Source: Octopus vulgaris
Lineage: Eukaryota
Assembly: GCA_951406725.2 (NCBI GenBank)
Contig: OX597828.1
Span: forward strand, 868,001-932,000
DNA: 64,000 bases
Reading direction: 5' to 3'
A program made the translations under genes and the position numbers. Each line of letters opens with the position of its first letter. Positions within the stretch are counted from its first letter, which is position 1. Shown piece by piece: positions 1-13,446 of the stretch. The notes beneath the pieces are model-generated. The model did no database searches and had not been told where the DNA came from. It worked only from the letters and a program-made list of their open reading frames with translations.

Positions 1-49
1 ACAAGTCCTGTCATGTGACTATCCTCTACCAATCAAATTCTATACAAAA

Positions 50-677
50 CATGGTGTTAGAAGGCGTTTTGTTGGTCACTCAATTGCGACCCACACATAA
101 TAATCAAGGGGTTTGCTGTCTGGGGAGTTGGGTGGCCAGATGTTAAGGGTGATGTGGTCGCAGAAATTGTCTGACAGCCATGACTGGGTTCTCCTGCTTG
201 TGCAGCATGGTGCAGAGTCTGTTGCCAGATACAAAGTCTTCTAGTAGCACCCTCTTGACCCAAGGCTGCTCTACCTCCTCCAAGCCCTTGATGTAGATCT
301 CCATGTTGAGTCTGATGCCGTGTGGGAAGATGAATGGAGGCATAACATCACTAGTCATCTCTAGTGATCACTCCAAACACCATGATGTTTACTGGATGTT
401 TGATTTTTATCACTCTCGTTTTGGGGACACGTCAAGCCAACGGCTGTTCCGTATGTTCACCATATGCTCGTATTGGAGCCTCCGGCATGAATGCCAAGCA
501 GTACAGTATATCGTTTCGAAATTTCTGGCAGAGTGAATTGCATCGTGGTGGTGTTTTTCTCACAGACAGTGCCCAACTGACCCTACTATACTGTGTAGTC
601 AAGAAAATCAAACACAAACAATGTGCTTGCGCGAAATTAAAAATATGAAATGGTGATAATTTACCAATCGCACCCTG
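50..677 (-). mobile_element. Degraded Tc1/mariner-superfamily transposon, maT (DD37D) type, with one TIR
   Basis: Minus-strand frameshifted translation KHPVNIMVFGVIT..DVMPPFIFPHG..WQQ(D)SAPCCTSRRTQSWL..WPPNSPDSKPLDYYVW, with 37 residues between the last two Asp. TIR begins CAGGGTG at 677, next to TA (678-679). Confidence 0.8.
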
Positions 678-687
678 TATGTGTGTT

Positions 688-748
<61 letters not shown>

Positions 749-1589
749 GAAATTTACAGAAAAGAAAGAGAGGAAGACAGGTGTATGAACAAGAAGTAGG
801 TATATTAGTTTGACGCTTGAGAAAGTGAGAAAGTCTTTTACATTTCGAGCCTACGCTCTTCAACAAAAAGGAATAAGAGAAAATGAACAGAGAGAGTTTT
901 AAAAAAACTTGTGGATTTAACGATTGAGCATGGTGACTAATACACTAGAATATGAAATAGAAAGTCTTTACTACAGTATTATATATTTGAAAAAAATGAA
1001 CAGAAATGGCTTTTCTGATAATTTTTCCACTTTAATAATCAGACGTTTTTATGTGTATTTATGTGTGTGTGTGTGCGTGTGTGTATGTATGTGCGTGTGT
1101 GCGCGCGCGCGTGTGTGAATGTATGTGTAGTATGTGGTGGGGTCGTGTATGTGTGTGTCGACCAACGGCCGAGTTCGGTTCGAAAATTCAAGAATCTATC
1201 TAATTATAGATAAGGCATTTAACATACCGACTTTTAATTATGAATTTCAAAATCCGATTACAATACTAGATGTAAACAAAACACTGCACATACAAGGTGG
1301 AGGAGAATCTCTCATGGCTTCACTTGAGCTTTTCAATAAATTTCCCTTTGGCTTTCGTATCTGCACTATGCGTAGGTCAGGAACAACTTGGACTGTATCA
1401 GTGAAATAAATGCCATTTGTTTATAAATACCTAATTTTAATTCTACATCATATATCATGTAACTCCTTCAAGCTTTGACTCCTTAAATACACTTTGAGTA
1501 TTCCCACGGTATGTTGTATTGGTATGTGCCTATTCCTAAAAACGTCTAAACCACATTCCTAGCCTAACCTAGCTTTGACCGTTTGATCG

Positions 1590-2060
1590 TTGATGACGTC
1601 GCAACCATGATGTTTCCACTTCTCTGGGGCTTCTGTTGCTCTGTGAGTTGACGGAATTGAGGTCTGTCCACTTTTTGATGTTACAAACCCAGCTTTTCCT
1701 TAGCTTCACATGCCCAGCTTTCGTCCACCTTCCACAGTACCTTGCAGGATTGTCATTGCAAGGCCGGAGTTTCTTGTGACATGGTCTTACTATTTCAGTT
1801 TCTTTGATTTTACAATTGTCAGCAGATCTTTGTGTGGTCCAATATCCGAGGTTATTCTCATCCTCACTTCGTTATTCGTCCCGTGTTATTTGTTTGAGAT
1901 CTCCAGTGCGCTAACTTTTCTTCTCTAGTTTCGCTCTTAATGTCCGAGCCTCGCAGGCGCATATGAGATGGAAATTAGAAGTGACCACACCAGTCTGACT
2001 TTTGTGCAGAGCCGAATGCTTCTATGTCTCCAGACTGGCCTTCCGTTTTGCGAGTGATGC
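1590..2060 (-). mobile_element. RTE-clade LINE 3' ORF fragment (pseudogenised)
   Basis: Minus-strand translation IGPHKDLLTIVKSKKLK..HVTRNSGLAMTILQGTVEGGRK..NIKKWT resembles the RTE ORF C-terminus; contains stops. Confidence 0.7.
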
Positions 2061-2410
2061 CGTATTAATCAATCAACAAATCAATTAAATTATTACCCTG
2101 CTTTCACTTACGCGTGCAGGGTATTGAAAGCACTCGTCTTAGTTTGTTTGTCTTTGTGTTTGCAAAATTACTGGAGAGCTGCTGAACTGAATTTCACCAC
2201 ATTTGGCAGAAATATTCATTGGATGAGTGGCTCGAAATGATGAACACTTGCTTTGATTGTCTTTAAAAAAAAAAAGAGTTTTTAAAAATTGAACTTACAA
2301 ATTTCCCGATAAGCAAGTGGTCATGTCACTTTGTTCACCTTTTTCACATGAATCGACCCTCGTCTGCGTATTATAGATTATGATGTACCTATGCGCATAG
2401 AAACGTGTAG

Positions 2411-2431
2411 GTACATACATAAATACATACA

Positions 2432-2465
<34 letters not shown>

Positions 2466-2563
2466 CATACATGCATACATACATACATACATACATACAT
2501 ACATACATACATACATACATACATACATACATGCATGCATGCATGCATACATACATACATACA

Positions 2564-2592
<29 letters not shown>
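2411..2592. repeat. (CATA)n microsatellite
   Basis: Direct tetranucleotide repeat. Confidence 0.95.
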
Positions 2593-2594
<2 letters not shown>

Positions 2595-3843
2595 GCGACT
2601 GTGTGTGTATGTGTACGCTGATGGATTCAAGGGTTTCGTTTATTTACGAGTTGACTTTTTAATTTCACCAGAGTATAAATACCTATAATGTGATACTTAA
2701 AAAAAATAATTCAGTTCAATTAAAAAGCATGTGTAAGCAATGCATTGCAAGCCACACTATAATTTGCGAAAAAAGTTTATCTGTGTGCAGGGTATGCATC
2801 GCCTTTTTTATTTATTTATGTAGCCATCAGTTATATTTATTTAATTATACAATTATCTATTAATCATCCCTGTTTTAATCATTTTATTTATTATTATTTA
2901 TTTGTTATTTTCTTAATTATTCTATTAGCATTTATTTCACAGTGTTTTAATTTGCTGTAAGTAATGCAACTTGTGCGAATAATATAAATGTTTTGAAAAA
3001 CTGAAAAATGAGAAGTTGGACAAAATAGATAATATGAATAAGCAAACACAAAGAGAGGAGATGTTGTGTTATTTCCCGAAGACTTTCTAATGAATCTAGA
3101 ATATTCATTAAAGATTCTTTTTTCTTTTTTTATTGGAGAAATCTCTCGTGTAGGCAACAGGAGGAATGAAATACTGAAGTTTGGTTTCGTTTAGAGTGCT
3201 GCCAATTTGCACATTTTCTAACTTTAGATATTATATACTGTTTAGGATTAATTTTTAAATATTAAAAAAACTACCTGTAGTAACTGCAGTTTTTATAACT
3301 ATTTTACTTTAAAATTAAATAAAGGATTGTGAGTGAAGATATGACTTTATTTGGAAATCTATTTTAAAATTTTGAAACATTATCTAGTTTTTTTTTTCTT
3401 CATATTTTCCGAATGACACTCCTGCTTCGCACCTATTCACTTTTCAGTCAGTTTCCCCTTGGTAGCGTGTGTGATGTATTGTCTAAAGCATTTTGTACTC
3501 AGTGTATTCACGCACATATTTTCATATTTATGTTTTAGCAATTTGTGTATTACTTGTATGTAATTATAAGATTCAAAGATTTAAGAGTAGAAAGTTTGTA
3601 AGCTTCGAGCAGATTGTAGTAGCTATAAAAAAGCAACGTTTAGGAATAATAACAATTCATTGGCATCAAAGGTTTTAGGCGTTTCCTATACAGATGTTCA
3701 ATAAATAAACTTTTTTATAGCTCACGGATAGCAACTTGAGTTGCTATGAATGCGAATAAAAATCCAAATTGAGGGAGCGGGGCGAGTAAAATCCAGGAAA
3801 CATTTAGCCTGGATTTTATTTGCTCCACTCCTTCAATTGCATA

Positions 3844-3905
<62 letters not shown>

Positions 3906-4344
3906 TGTATGTATGTATGTATGTATGTATGTATGTATGTATGTATGTATGTATGTATGTATGTATAGAAGCAAGAGTGTTTTTTCCTGCAGGCAAAAAA
4001 CTACATCATACTTGTATATATCAAGTATGAAATATATTCGGTTGTTCTAAATTAATAATGCTCCAATTGCGTTCACTGAGCTTTTATTTAGTTTTGTTCT
4101 TGAAATTTTGTGTTTCTTTCAGTGGTGATGTCAATGCAAAGAAGTAAATAAATAAGTAAAATACCTAGCGACCGGATGGGAAGGTTGTCCTCTCAACAAA
4201 TACGCTGCTGTGGGTGTCGCTGGATGACGGACTCTGGTGATGATATAATTCCACACTTTCTGATTCATGGCGCTGGCCTTAGCACACTTGAGGTCGAGGC
4301 GCTACTACTTCAGGTCTTCTTCAATTTTAATCGCTCATGTCTTT

Positions 4345-4620
4345 TTTGATGCAGTGCCCAGCGCTGAGACCTGGATCATCCTCAAACGGGACCTGAACAA
4401 ACTCGAGCTGTTCCAAATGCGGTATCTTCGTCAGATCTTTGCGATCCTATTGTGCGACCGAATCTCAAACAACATCCGAGAACTTAAGATCCCAGCAGCT
4501 GACCATTGAAGACCAAGTGCAGCAGCGCAGGTTACAGTGGTTTGGCCACGTCTGCAAGATGAGCACCGCAAGACTACCACACCAACTTTTGTGGCCACAA
4601 TGCTAAGGAGTGTGATGAAC
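4345..4620 (+). mobile_element. RTE-clade LINE 3' fragment
   Basis: AETWIILKRDLNKLELFQMRYLRQI..DRISN..QQRRLQWFGHVCKM, a typical RTE C-terminal motif series; frameshifted. Confidence 0.75.
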
Positions 4621-5019
4621 CAGGAGTATTAGACTGCTGTATTCAGCACTGATATCTTTGATCTAGCCTCTGAATTCAACCATCTTTTATGATAGCAAAA
4701 AATCCACGTATTCATCCCATTAGATATCCGAATAGCAAATCAATTCCGCTACAGCCATATAATAACTCGCACACATATATATATATATATATAACTTTTT
4801 TGAATATAAAATATATAGCTTATTAGAATTTTAAAACCTTCATATGGAACGCATTTATGTGTCATACTAGATCAGATAATATAGACTTTTATAATAACAA
4901 TTACAAAAAAAAAAAACAATAAATATTTAGCTACGACTTTAATACTTTAAATTATGACACATTAAAACTGGGATACTGTTTGATGGACGTAAATGGTGTG
5001 TCTTAATTCTTCAATTTTT

Positions 5020-5375
5020 TATTGGACTAGGGCCATGCTGAAGCACAACCTTGAATATGCTTAGTCAAGCAAATCGAAACCAGTACTCATGTTCTTAACC
5101 TATTTTGCCGAACCACTAAGTTACAGAGATGTAAACAAACCAACACGAGTTGTCAAGCTGTGTGTGTATGCGTGTGTGCGTGTATAATAAATACAGACAC
5201 ACATACACATATATATGTTTGTGCGTGTATACACATGACCGGTTTCCACATAGCTTTTCGCCTACCAAATTCACTCCCAAGGCATCGGTTGTACCGGGGC
5301 TGTAGTAGAAGACCTTTTCCCAAAATGCCGAAAGTATTTGATTGCAAAGCGAGTATTTTAACCACATCGACATGC
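5020..5375 (-). mobile_element. tRNA-derived SINE (diverged)
   Basis: Homologous by eye to the SINE at 26278-26710 (head, central CA/TA tract, cagcatggcc tail). Confidence 0.7.
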
Positions 5376-5477
5376 CCGAGAAATTATTTTCTAAAGTATA
5401 TTTACCTCCATTACTTTTAACATTCACACGCATTTAAAAAGTAAAAATTGATATAAAAATACTTGACTGTATCAAGA

Positions 5478-5531
<54 letters not shown>

Positions 5532-5688
5532 TGATACAGTCAAGTATATATATATATATATATATATATATTCTTGATACAGTCAAGTATATATATTTTT
5601 TTTTTCTACATCAGTGACTGTGGTTACTGTGAAAATCCTTATATATGCAGCCTGTAGAGAGAGTCCCTCATCGAAGAACGGTGCTTAC

Positions 5689-5731
5689 CATGCGTTGATA
5701 AGAGGCAATTACCTCGAAACCGGTCCGTATG
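5689..5731 (+). ncRNA. Type I hammerhead ribozyme motif, U3:A8 core variant, in a probable PLE pseudo-LTR (about 5600-5905)
   Basis: catgcg-TTGATAA-gagg caatta cctc-GAAA-ccgg-TC-cgtatg: 6-bp stem I, 4-bp stem II, palindromic stem III accggt, GUC site. Confidence 0.7.
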
Positions 5732-5903
5732 TAGTATCCGTATCTTCGGGGAGGCTGATCTCCCTTTACAGGCTAGCAAGGACACCGTGATGGTGTCGGT
5801 CCTTCTGGTGACGTCGATGATCGCCTGGGGCTAAATGCATCAGTAACACCCCCACCACCCCGCCCTGTCCCTAGCCACATTCAGATGGCTGATCCCCCTT
5901 ACG

Positions 5904-5951
<48 letters not shown>

Positions 5952-6114
5952 AGAGAGAGAGAGAGAGAGGGAGAGGTACGCATGTTTAATCATTACAACT
6001 TTATATCTGTAGGATATGTCATAATGAGATATATATTATGCGCGGGAAATGCACTTAGATCAGAATCTTACTTGACTGGCAATATATGATGTGATATAAC
6101 AAGTTTGTATCAAT

Positions 6115-6250
6115 TATATGGAATGTGCTTTCCAACCACATGGTTCCGGGTTCAGTCCCACTGCGTGATACCTTGAGTAAGTGCCATCTACTATAGTCTC
6201 GGACTGAAACGTTAGTGGGCTTGGTTAACAGAAACTAAAAGAAGCCCAAC
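6115..6250 (+). mobile_element. SINE 5' half
   Basis: ccaaccacatggttccgggttcagtcccactgcgtg head matches the other SINE copies. Confidence 0.7.
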
Positions 6251-8367
6251 ATATGTATAAAATATTCGAGGAGGAATTTTTTCGCATAAATTCGTTAGTT
6301 ATAACAATCATGGTGGCTTAGCACACACATACACACTCTCTCTCATACTGACATGAAAAATCTCATACTCTCTTTCTCTCTCTCTCACACACACACACGC
6401 GCGCGCGCATGGACTTTCTGTCTCGCTCATACATATACTCTCTCTCTCTTTCTCTCTCTCGTAGGCTTTCTCCCTTTTTCTTGTAGACTCTCTCTTTCTG
6501 TTTCGTAGACTCTCTCTCACGTAGACGTTCTCTCTCTCTTTCTCTCACGCACACACACTCACACACTCACACAGAGTCCGTTCATTTTGCTGGCACCAAC
6601 AGCTTTTTACGATCTTGATTTGACTTAAAAGATATGCATATCGTAAATATATTATTAATAGTTCTAAAGTTCAATTCATTCTTTTGGCTTTTTTAAAAAT
6701 GAATTCTAGTGTGGAAAGTATTCATTAGAATGTTTACATATAATTCAATTTCATCAGATTAATTTTTAAAATTGTTCATTTGATACACTTTTGTTTGCTG
6801 ATGGCAAATATTGCATACACAGAAATTAATAAATAATCGTGACGGTTTGTCTTCATGGGAGCAGCAAAATAGATTTAGAAGGCAGAGAAAGAGTAATCTT
6901 AATGTTATCATCATCGGGCTGACTGAAACTATGTGTGTGTGTGTGCGTGTGTGTGTGTGTGTCAATGTATATATGTGTGTGTGTGTCAATGTATATATGT
7001 GTGTGAGTGCACATGTGTATATGTTATATATACGTGAGACACATATGTGTATTATAGGTATAAGAACTCACATATACATGAGTAAAACAAGTAAACGGTG
7101 AAGTGGCATAAAAAAATGTGTAGGAACGGAAGATGAAGAGATGATGAGGAGGAGAGAGGAAAAGGAAGAGAAGGAGGAAATGAATAGTGGTGATAATGGT
7201 GATGATTGCAATAATAATGACGAAAAAGGAGAGGCGAAGTAAAAGTACGCAAAGAGGACTAATAATAGTAATGATGATGATGATGATGATGATGATAAAA
7301 ATGTTTTAAGAAGCCATCAATGAAGGATTAAAGTGAGTTTAATGACACTGGGAATACAACTTGGAGAGCTTTGATTTGGTAAGCGGATTAACGAGGTAGT
7401 GGTAGCATGGTGTTGGTGGTAGTGGTGGTACCGTGCTAGTATCGGTGTAGTTGTGGTGATGTTGATAATGGTGATGTTGATAATGGTGATGTTGGTGTGT
7501 GTGTGGTGATGGCATTTGTGGTGTGTTGATGATTGTGTTATAGTGATGGTGGTATGTTTTGTTGTTGTGGATGGGGTAGCATTGATTGCTGTGAGGGATA
7601 ATTGATGGAAATTTGTTACAGATTAATTAACATCAATTCCATAGTCATTAATTAGTGATTAGATTAGTTTCTAGAGGATTTTAAGTTTAAGTAGTAGCAA
7701 TTGGTAACCACCAGTTTATCATACAGTGTTTTAGTAACCAACTTATGTTAAATATATACACAACACTTGTTCGTCTAAGTGATAACTGTGTGGGCATAAT
7801 ACATGCACACCTATACATAACATATACATATATAACTAAACAAAAATGAGCTAAACGGGACACCTTAAAGTGGTCAGTGGCATGTATTTGAACAACATAA
7901 ACAAACGCCGATATAATAAATACCATACAGCATGAATTCTTGATTTATTACAATTATTTCCACCTCGAAAGGCTGTACCACAATTATTAAATGACAATTG
8001 AGAACAACTCCATATGAGAAGAGGAGATAATCTCATGAATCAAGAATTCTCCAAAATTCATGTGCCATTAAGGAAAAGAACAGCAGCTGCAGCACAATTG
8101 TCCAACAGATTCCCAACGGCCATGGGACATAGACTTATACAAAACGAGGTGAATACATTTATATTTATGGCCAAGATAATTTGCATACATATTTGCATGC
8201 ATAGAAACGTACGTACATATATATAGACACACACGCACACATATGTGTTGTATTTTTCTAGAGTTTCTTGTAAAACTGTGTACCGTGAGTTCTAACATCA
8301 TTTTTTTATTTTTTGCTGGAAGGAGACTTTTTCTTTTATATATACATATATATTTAGAGAGAGTGAT

Positions 8368-8724
<357 letters not shown>

Positions 8725-8725
<1 letters not shown>

Positions 8726-9160
8726 GGCATGTCTGAGTGGTAAGAAGTTTGCTTCCCAACCACATGGTTCAGGTTCAGTCCCACTGCATGGCATCTTGGG
8801 CAAGTATCTTCTCCAGTCTCGGACCAACCAAACCACATGAGTAAATCTGGTAGATCGAAACTGCAAGAAGCCTGTCGTGTATATGTATATATGTGGGGGG
8901 GGGCATATGTACTTATGCACATACATACATACATACATACATACATACATACATGTGCGTATGTCTGTGTTTATCTCCTACGACCGCTTAACAGGAGTTG
9001 GTAAGTTTATATTCTCGTAATTTAGTAGTTCGGTAAAAGACGACGATGGAATAAGTACCAAGCTTAGCATAATAGTAAGTACTGGGTGGATTCATTCGGC
9101 TAAAATATTCTACAAGGCCGTACCCCAGTCTTATGACTAATATAAGTAGAAAAGTCAAAA
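8725..9160 (+). mobile_element. tRNA-derived SINE
   Basis: A-box-like tgagtggtaag, B-box ggttcagtccc, central microsatellite, gaataagtacc core, degenerate tail. Confidence 0.75.
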
Positions 9161-9203
9161 AAAAATGTATACATACATACATGCATACATACATGCACAC
9201 ATA

Positions 9204-9268
<65 letters not shown>

Positions 9269-9468
9269 TATTTGGTTGCGCTGCTTCCGCGGATTCCCAT
9301 CGTCATCCAATTCCGTTATTATGAATTTGAATTAGGAGCCTCAGTTCTTTTGAATCTTTCCTTAGCTGATTACCCAACCACAGACGCCGTTACTTACAGT
9401 CACTCTCTTGATAGAGCTTGGTGGTTCTGATTGTTGATCTTCGATTATTCCTCCGCTCACCAACAACG

Positions 9469-9766
9469 TGTTGGCGGTCGGTGTTATGGGACGTGATGAG
9501 CTGTGTGGTGCTGGTGGAAAGGATGACAGATGAGGTGGGCGGAAGTAGGGCTTGCAGGGGTCGGCGGAAGACTTAAGGGTGCATGCGTGGGAGGAAGCGG
9601 ATGTGGTCAAGGACAACACACGTGTGGTCAGCGAGGAAGCGCGGCAGTTCCAGCATAGACGGCAAAGCGACAGGACGTGTCGAATTCGTGAGAGACCGCT
9701 GATTTCACCAAGGTAAGGCCTTTTGTATTTCTTTTTTCTGTTGTCCTCTTCATCCATCACACTACA
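9469..9766 (+). repeat. 5' LTR
   Basis: TG...CA, homologous to 13447-13678, preceded by TSD aacg. Confidence 0.9.
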
Positions 9767-9778
9767 AGCTATTTCGGC
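9767..9778 (+). promoter_or_regulatory. Putative primer-binding site complementary to nt 1-12 of tRNA-Phe(GAA)
   Basis: agctatttcggc directly abuts the 5' LTR. Its reverse complement GCCGAAATAGCT equals the 5' end of metazoan tRNA-Phe as I recall it. Confidence 0.65.
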
Positions 9779-9799
9779 TCATGAAAAAAAAAACCAACG

Positions 9800-10498
9800 A
9801 TGAGTGCCCGTATTTCGAACGAGATGATCAAGCCATTTTGCGGTGACACATATGTAGTCGCTTGGTTGAAGAAGGTGAAGTTAGTGGCGAAGCTCCACGG
9901 TATAAGCGACCTAGCGAGTTTTAAACCGCTGTACTTGGATGGTCCGGCATTGGCGCTGTATCTAGAGATGGAAGAGAAGGATCAACTTAGCGCAGAGAAA
10001 GTAGAAATCCGGTTGATGGAGGCCTTTGCGGAGGAAATGTTTGAGGCATACGCTCGCCTGGGGAAAACAAGATGAACTGGGGAACAGGTGGACGTATTTG
10101 CCAATGAACTCAGGAGATTGGCTAAACTGGCGGATTATGAGGGAGAGTCGCTGGACCAGACGGTTAAGTTGGTGTTTGTGACTGGCTTTCCTGTCAACAT
10201 GTTGGTCGAGTTGCAGTAGCTTCAAAACATTCATTCGATGGCGATGGCAGACATCGTATCCCGGGCACGCGTTCTAGTTTCGTGCAGCAGAACGACGTCG
10301 GTAGCAGCGACTGCAACAACGAAAAGTGGCCGAGCTAGGAGCAGCAGAGAGGGGTCAAAAAAAGAACGTGTGCGACCATTCAAAGAACAGTGTTTCTGGT
10401 GCCAGGGGCCACACATGGTGCGAGACTGCGAGTCACCTGAGGTCATTTGCTACCGGTGTCGAAAAATGCCAGCGAATGTCTGCGGGGAAACGGACTGA
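9800..10498 (+). pseudogene. gag: Gypsy gag (stops/frameshifts) with zinc knuckles
   Basis: IKPFCGD..VVAWLKKVKLVAKL..LYLDGPALALYLEM; CFWCQGPHMVRDC followed by a partial CYRC knuckle. Confidence 0.8.
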
Positions 10499-10539
10499 GG
10501 GAGACTACTGCGCCGGTAGTTGTCCCTTTTGATCAATAG

Positions 10540-13380
10540 AGGCGCGTTTATCGTCATTACCTGTAGTCGACATTCTGGTGAAGGGGAAGATGTTGCGGGC
10601 CCTTGTGGACACAGGCTGTACGACAACCCTGATGACTCTAGAAGTGGTAGAGACGTGGATTGGAGAAAGCAGTGTAAGAGCAGTCGACGGAAGAGAAGTA
10701 CACTGTGAAGGCATTACAGATGCACAGGTTGTAGTGCAGGAAATAAGGCTGACGCTGCGAGCAATTGTAGTTGGCCACTTAGTGGACGAGATTGACGTGG
10801 TGATGGGGATGGATGCAATCACCCGTTTGGGAGGTGTCACTGTTAACGAGGCCGGTGTAACGTTCGGGTTTGCGGGGAAACCGTGTATGGCGACACCATG
10901 CACTGGTGACAACCGTGAGGAAAAGCATGCAGCACACGCCATTGAAGACCAGGATTTTCGGGCTGTCTTCGATGGCCAGAGGTGGACAGTGGAGTGGCAC
11001 TGGAAGGGAGAGCCCCCGACGTTAAAGAATAATGTGGGCTGCTAAAAGGAGATGCCAGAAGTGAGTTCGAGGGGGAGGTGGAGCGGTGGATTAAGGAGGG
11101 TATATTGATCCCTTAGGAAAAAGAAGAGAGCGGAGTCTTGCCGTTGATGGCGGTGGTACAGCCCACAAAGCATAATGTCAGGCCAGTGCTTGACTTCCGA
11201 GAGCTGAATAACCACGTATCATGTCATACGGGCGACGAGGCCACAGATGTCTGCGGGGACACCTTGCGAGAGTGGGGGCAGATGACAGGGGCCTCCACGA
11301 TCGTTGATTTAAAGTCGGCATACCTACAGGTGCATGTGGCTGAGAAACTGTGGAAGTACCAGCTTGTCAGATATAAGGGCCGGACGTACTGTCTGACCTG
11401 GTTGGGGTTCGGGCTGAATTCAGCGCCAAAGATTATGGCAACAATTCTCAAGGCCATCCTGGGAAAGGTGGACAGAGTAAAAAGGGCCACCAATTCGTAC
11501 ATTGATGACATTCTGGTGGATGAAACCGTAATGCCAGCAACGGAGGTCATAGGCCACCTGAAGAGTTTTTGACTGATTGCCAAGCCACCAGAGGCAATGG
11601 AGGGAGGCGCTGCACTGGGCCTCAAGCAATGGAGAGACAAGGTCGGCGCGCTAGTGTTCCGGCGAGGGAATGAGATCCCCGAACTGGGCACCAGCATGAG
11701 TAGACGGGAACTGTTCTCTGTGTGGGGGAAGCTGGTGGGACCACTACCCGATTGCAGGATGGCTCCGGACAGCATGTAGCTTTATCAAGAGACGAGCCGA
11801 AGGAGTGAAGTGGAACGATAGAGTGGGGGAGAAGACGACCGACATGATACAGGAATTCTTGGTCAGTGTAAGAGCAGAGGACCCAGTGAGGGGCAGTTGG
11901 TATGTTCCCAAATAAAAAAGCGGGATTGTATGGTGTGACGCCAGTAGCATCGCAATAGGGGTTGTCTTAGAAGTGAGAGGTGTCATGGTGGAAGATGCAG
12001 CCTGGCTCAGGAAGACGGATGACTGCAATCATATCAATGTGGCGGAGTTGGATGCCGTGTTGAAGGGGGTGAACCTAGCCTTGAAGTGGGGGTTGCACAC
12101 CATAGAAATTAGGACTGATTCGGCCACTGTACTTGGTTGGGGGACAGCAGTCATCACCAATGAACGGAGGGTGCGGACCAAAGGTGCTGCAGAGATGCTG
12201 GTAAAGCGTCGATTGGGGATGCTGCGTGAACTAACCACTGAGTTCAAGCTGAAGCTGAGCGTGATCTTTGTGCCTTCCGAGAAGAACAGGGCAGACGTCC
12301 TGACCAGGGTAAAGCGAGCCTGGTTGCAGGTGCCAGAGGACGCGGAGCAGGCTGTGGCTGCAGTATTCCGTCTGAGTGACTTGGAGTTGGGGAGATTGCA
12401 TACCATGCATCACATGGGGGTGGACAGGACATTGTTCCTAGCCAGAAAAGTTGACTCCGATGTAACAAGACGGAGCGTGCAGAGAGTGGTTAGCAGCAAC
12501 GGGCGTACATGAGGCGGGAAGTATTCCAGTGGACCACGACTGGAAACGACTGGCGGTGGACATAACACACTACCGGCAGGGGACATACCTCTCAATGGTT
12601 GACTGCGGACCGGGGCGGTTGGCCATATGGAGGGAGATGAAGACGGGGACCGCAGAGGAAATTGTGAAAGTATTGAATGAGATGTTCCTGGAACGAGGCC
12701 CCGTAGATGAACTGCTTCTGGATAATGGCACTGCATTTCGCTCGGAGGTGCTTAAAGAAATGCTTGATGGGTGGAAGGCCAACCGCTTCTTCAGGGCAGC
12801 ATACCGGCCAAGTGGAAATGGGATGGTGGAAAGGCATCATCGTACCATCAAGACCATGGCAGAGAGGGGCCACATTTCCCCAATCGAGGCTGTATTTTGG
12901 TACAACATGTCGCCCAGATCAGGACAGGCTGAGGAGTCGGTGCCACACAGGGCAATATTCAGGTACGAGTGGAGGCATCCGTGTACTGCATCAATGCGAC
13001 CCGGGGCAGAGGAAGAGCAAGCCTTCGTGCAGGTCGGGGAAGAAGTTTGGATAAAAACCCCAAACGCACGGTGCACATCACGATGGGGAAAGGGAACAAT
13101 AACCTCTATAAATTCGAAGAACAACATCTCTGTCGATGGTATGCCATGCCGCGTTTTGGATATACGGAAGATTGTCCATGCCTCAGAGGATGGAACCAGC
13201 AGCAGTGGGCAAGAAGATGAAGACAACAACAGTAGGCAAGAAGATGAAGACAACATCAGTAGACAAGATGATGAAGCTAGCAGCAACATGCCAGGAACCA
13301 AGGCCAGTCCTAGGGTCGCACTGCGACCACAGAGGGAACGGCACCTTCCTCCCTGGCTGGCTGATTATGAAACCAGTTAA
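10540..13380 (+). pseudogene. pol: Gypsy pol (protease, RT, RNase H, integrase), disrupted
   Basis: LVDTGC protease; RPVLDFRELN, DLKSAYLQ, FGLNSAP, YIDD RT; WCDASS, INVAELDA, TDS, NRADVLTR RNase H; DNGTAF..YRPSGNGMVER integrase; several in-frame stops. Confidence 0.92.
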
Positions 13381-13446
13381 GGTGTGAGTTTGGGAGTGAG
13401 GAGTGAGTAGGAAAGCCGGTTGAGTGATATGTAGATCAGGGGGGCG

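Noticed and set aside
835-870. Hammerhead-like motif on the minus strand (cttt-ttgttgaa-gagc gtag gctc-GAAA-tg-TA-aaag)
   Set aside because: The core lacks A6 and stem III is unpaired; too degenerate to call.
2894-3700. Short AT-rich ORFs as possible host exons
   Set aside because: No recognisable domain or convincing splice context.
7850-8160. Possible exon or MULE transposase relic
   Set aside because: Stops in the plausible frames and no motif I can support.
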